Shown piece after piece: positions 61,148 through 64,000 of a DNA stretch of 64,000 bases. Each line of letters starts with the position of its first letter. Within the stretch, counting starts at the first letter, position 1. Where the stretch lies: positions 736,001 to 800,000 of the forward strand of contig CBDBZY010000018.1 of assembly GCA_965213685.1 (NCBI GenBank). Reading direction: 5' to 3'. The DNA is from a bacterium. Its GTDB lineage: Bacteria > UBA8248. Under the pieces are notes generated by a model. The model made no database searches. It was given only the letters and a program-made list of their open reading frames with translations, and had not been told where the DNA came from. Made by a program: the position numbers and the translations under genes.

Positions 61148-64000
61148 CTAATACAAGACATGAGCCCAGTGCAGTAAGTTATGCTTAAAAACAGAAACAG
61201 ATGATGATGATCTTATGTCTACTGGTAGAGTATTCCAAACAGTAATAACGCTAGGTACATATGAAAAATAGAAGTAGTTGGTGCAAGAATGGAGTCTGTG
61301 AAATACAGATGTATTGTTTCTCTGTGACAAGTGCTGGTGTAGATTGAAGATACCTGCTGGAAAAACTATGTTTCCATTAATAATGTTGAACATAGTGATG
61401 AGCTTAAGATGTTGGCGCCTGACACGAAGAAGAGGTAAATCAAGACAGTGCAGCATGTTATCATAGTCCATGTCCCAGCATTTCAAGCACACTTTACATG
61501 CAAACCTTTGCACTGACTCTAACATTTGAATGTCTCTCTTGACATGCGGGTCCCACAGCTGAGCAGCATACTCCAAGTGAGGGCGAATACATGTTATGTA
61601 TATGGATTGAAGAACAGATGTGTTTGTCCAGAAGTAGAATTGCCTGTACATCATTCCAATTAGCTTTCTTGCCTTTGAGCACACTTGCTGTATGTGCTCA
61701 GACCAAGTAAGAGTTTCAGTGACAAGTATGCCCAGGTACCAATAACTCCTAACATGTTCCAGAGCTTCACCATTCAGATGTAGCCCTGAAGATGGTAGTG
61801 TAGGCTGTCTCTTTCGTGATGCAATGATGTACTTACATTTAGAAGAGTTCAGTGACATATATAAGCTTTTAATACAGTTGGAAATGTTATTAATATCTGT
61901 CTGTAGGTAGACATAATCATTGGAGCACTTGATGGGCTTCCACAAAAGTATGTCATCAGCATACATCGAGATGAATGTTCCATCAGAGAAGCCAATATCA
62001 GCTACACAATTTATGTATGTCAGAAAGAGCAAGGGGCCAGGACAGATCCCTGTGGGACCCAAGATGGAACAGAAGTAGTGCTGGATGATGCTCCCTCAAC
62101 AACAACATACTGTTTTCTACAACACAGATATGAGGAGATCCATTGGAGGATGTGTGAGTTAAGCCCAATATCCTTTAGATGCTGAAGTAGAGGAGCATGT
62201 GGCACACTGTCAAATGCTTTACCCAAGTCAAAGAATATTAGACAGACGTCTGATCCCTTTTCCAACAATTGAAATATTGCATGAAAGGTGGACAGTAAGG
62301 CTGTAACTGTTGATCTACTTGGGCAGAATCCCCATTGAGAATCAGGTACAAGTCCATTTGCATTAAGATGTTGCCACAGCAGCTTATAAACATGCTTTTC
62401 TAGAAGCTTGCTCACTGTAGACAGTAAAGAAGTTGGTCTGTAGTCGATAGGATTATCAGATGGTCTGTGAGTCTTAGGTATTGGAACCACAGATGATGTT
62501 TTCTATGCCTCAGGTACCTTACCAGATTTTAATGACAGGTTAAACAGATGCGTTACTGTTGGTGTGGTAGCTTCCGCTGTACCCCTAAGCATCTATCCAG
62601 ATATTCCAACAGGTCCAGAAGCTTTTGTGACATCAATAGTGTTTAATAAACAAGAAATGTCATCCTCTACACAAAGGACTTCATCGGATATTGGTGATGA
62701 AGGATTTGCCTGGAAAATGTGGATATTAGAAGGAGATAATGGATAAACACTATGATTGAAGTTAGTTGCAAGTGTTAGATTCAATAGAGTAGCTTTCTCA
62801 ACATTAGATGATGCAACAGTAGATTTCACTCTTAAAGCTGGAATAGCATGGTTGGATGAATTCTTGATACGCTTTACAGCTTTCCAAAACTTTTTACTTC
62901 CTCCCAAACATGACTTCCTCCAATAGTCTCTCTTTGAAATGCGCAACAGATTCACTACCTCATTCCTAAGTTTCTTGTAACCATCAAAGACTCTAGTTTG
63001 TTTTGCCCTTTTGTATGCTGAGTTTCTCTTTTTAATTTTAGTCTGAATGAACTTGTTCATCCATGGAAGGGTGCACTTCTGGGTGATAGTTTTCTTTGGA
63101 ATGCATTCATTCATTATGGACAAGAATGTTCTCAACCACAACTCCCAGGCCTTGTCAATGTCAGCCTCAGTGTAAAAGAGTGACCAATCAACAGTGTTTA
63201 TCAGCACATTGGCCCTCTCAAAATCCGCATACTCATATCTCCATATTGTTCTTGTCTTAATGCTTGGGGATGCTATGTTATTCCATAAGAGATAAATGCT
63301 TATTCCATCATGGTCCGAGTTGCTAAGAGGCGCTGTAATGGAACACGATACCAGCAGAGCTGGATTTGAAAGTAGGGCTAGGTCTATAAGTGTTTGATTT
63401 CCAGAGGAACTGGTGTGTGTTGGACCAGGTACCACCTGCGCCAGTAGAAAACTATCCAATATAGTGAGGAGCTTATAAAAGAGAGGATGCTGCTTGTTTG
63501 AAAAATCAACATTGAAGTCCCCAACCAACAAAAATCTTGAAAAAATAGAAATGTCAAGGGTCTCCAGAACAGAATATAAAGAATCTAAAGCATCCGAGTT
63601 GTCTGGTGGCCTATACCACACACCAATGTATAACTTGTGGTTGGGATGGTGTGTATTGTGAACTGAGACAAGTAGCAGCTCTAGCTTGTTAGGACCACAC
63701 AGAATTACATGAGACTCTAACAGATCAGATATGAACAATGCTACACCACCTCCATGTCTGTGCCTATCACATCTTACACAATGGTATCCATGTATGGAGC
63801 ATTCCGATGGACCAATGTCTTCACATAGCCAACTTTCAGTAATGCACACAATGTCTGGTTTTCTTAAGTCACAGAGAACACGCAATTCATCCAAGTTTGG
63901 GGTTAAACTTCTTGCATTAAAGTACAATACTTGTAGTTGCTTTTCATTACTGAAATGAGAGTGTACACCCTCCACGGCATGCCTTGGACAATTTAGCACT
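61148..64000 (-). mobile_element. CR1-group LINE ORF2 (APE plus RT) with a few disruptions
   Basis: YFNARSL, ITESWL, DRHRHGGGV, YRPP, GDFN, IDL, SDH; YRPTSLLS, QWGF, FFDLGKAFDSVPH, YADDILL, IRPHLEYA. Confidence 0.95.

Overview
Repeat-rich eukaryotic DNA with GT-AG introns, (CA)n/(GA)n microsatellites and a pervasive TACATGTA motif; probably an early-branching animal such as a demosponge (inference from gene and repeat style). One apparently intact host gene can be built by hand on the minus strand (11 phase-compatible exons, 37010->22350, >=1515 aa, last exon not found). It encodes Kelch repeats - ROC-like GTPase/COR - ZU5 (ending in an HF|C motif) - UPA-like - Death domain, an unusual immune/cell-death-like architecture. 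The rest is mostly mobile DNA: three decayed CR1-group LINEs, a CRE-type RLE retroelement, tRNA-derived SINEs, AcademH-type and other MITEs, Helentron-like elements and a 20-bp satellite with higher-order structure. Four elements share CAGG..CCTG-type ends, three with 7-bp TSDs. They are a 36-bp pure-TIR palindrome, a 600-bp MITE, a 3-kb P-superfamily foldback made of two inverted 5' ends, and the left end of a large element followed by an intron-containing DUF927/MCM-like ATPase and a convergent DDE transposase-OTU-CXC gene. A Sin3 PAH1 relic and an old collinear segmental duplication (~4.5-13.6 kb vs ~40.1-48.5 kb) are also visible. All family calls come from motif recognition by eye, with no database searches.
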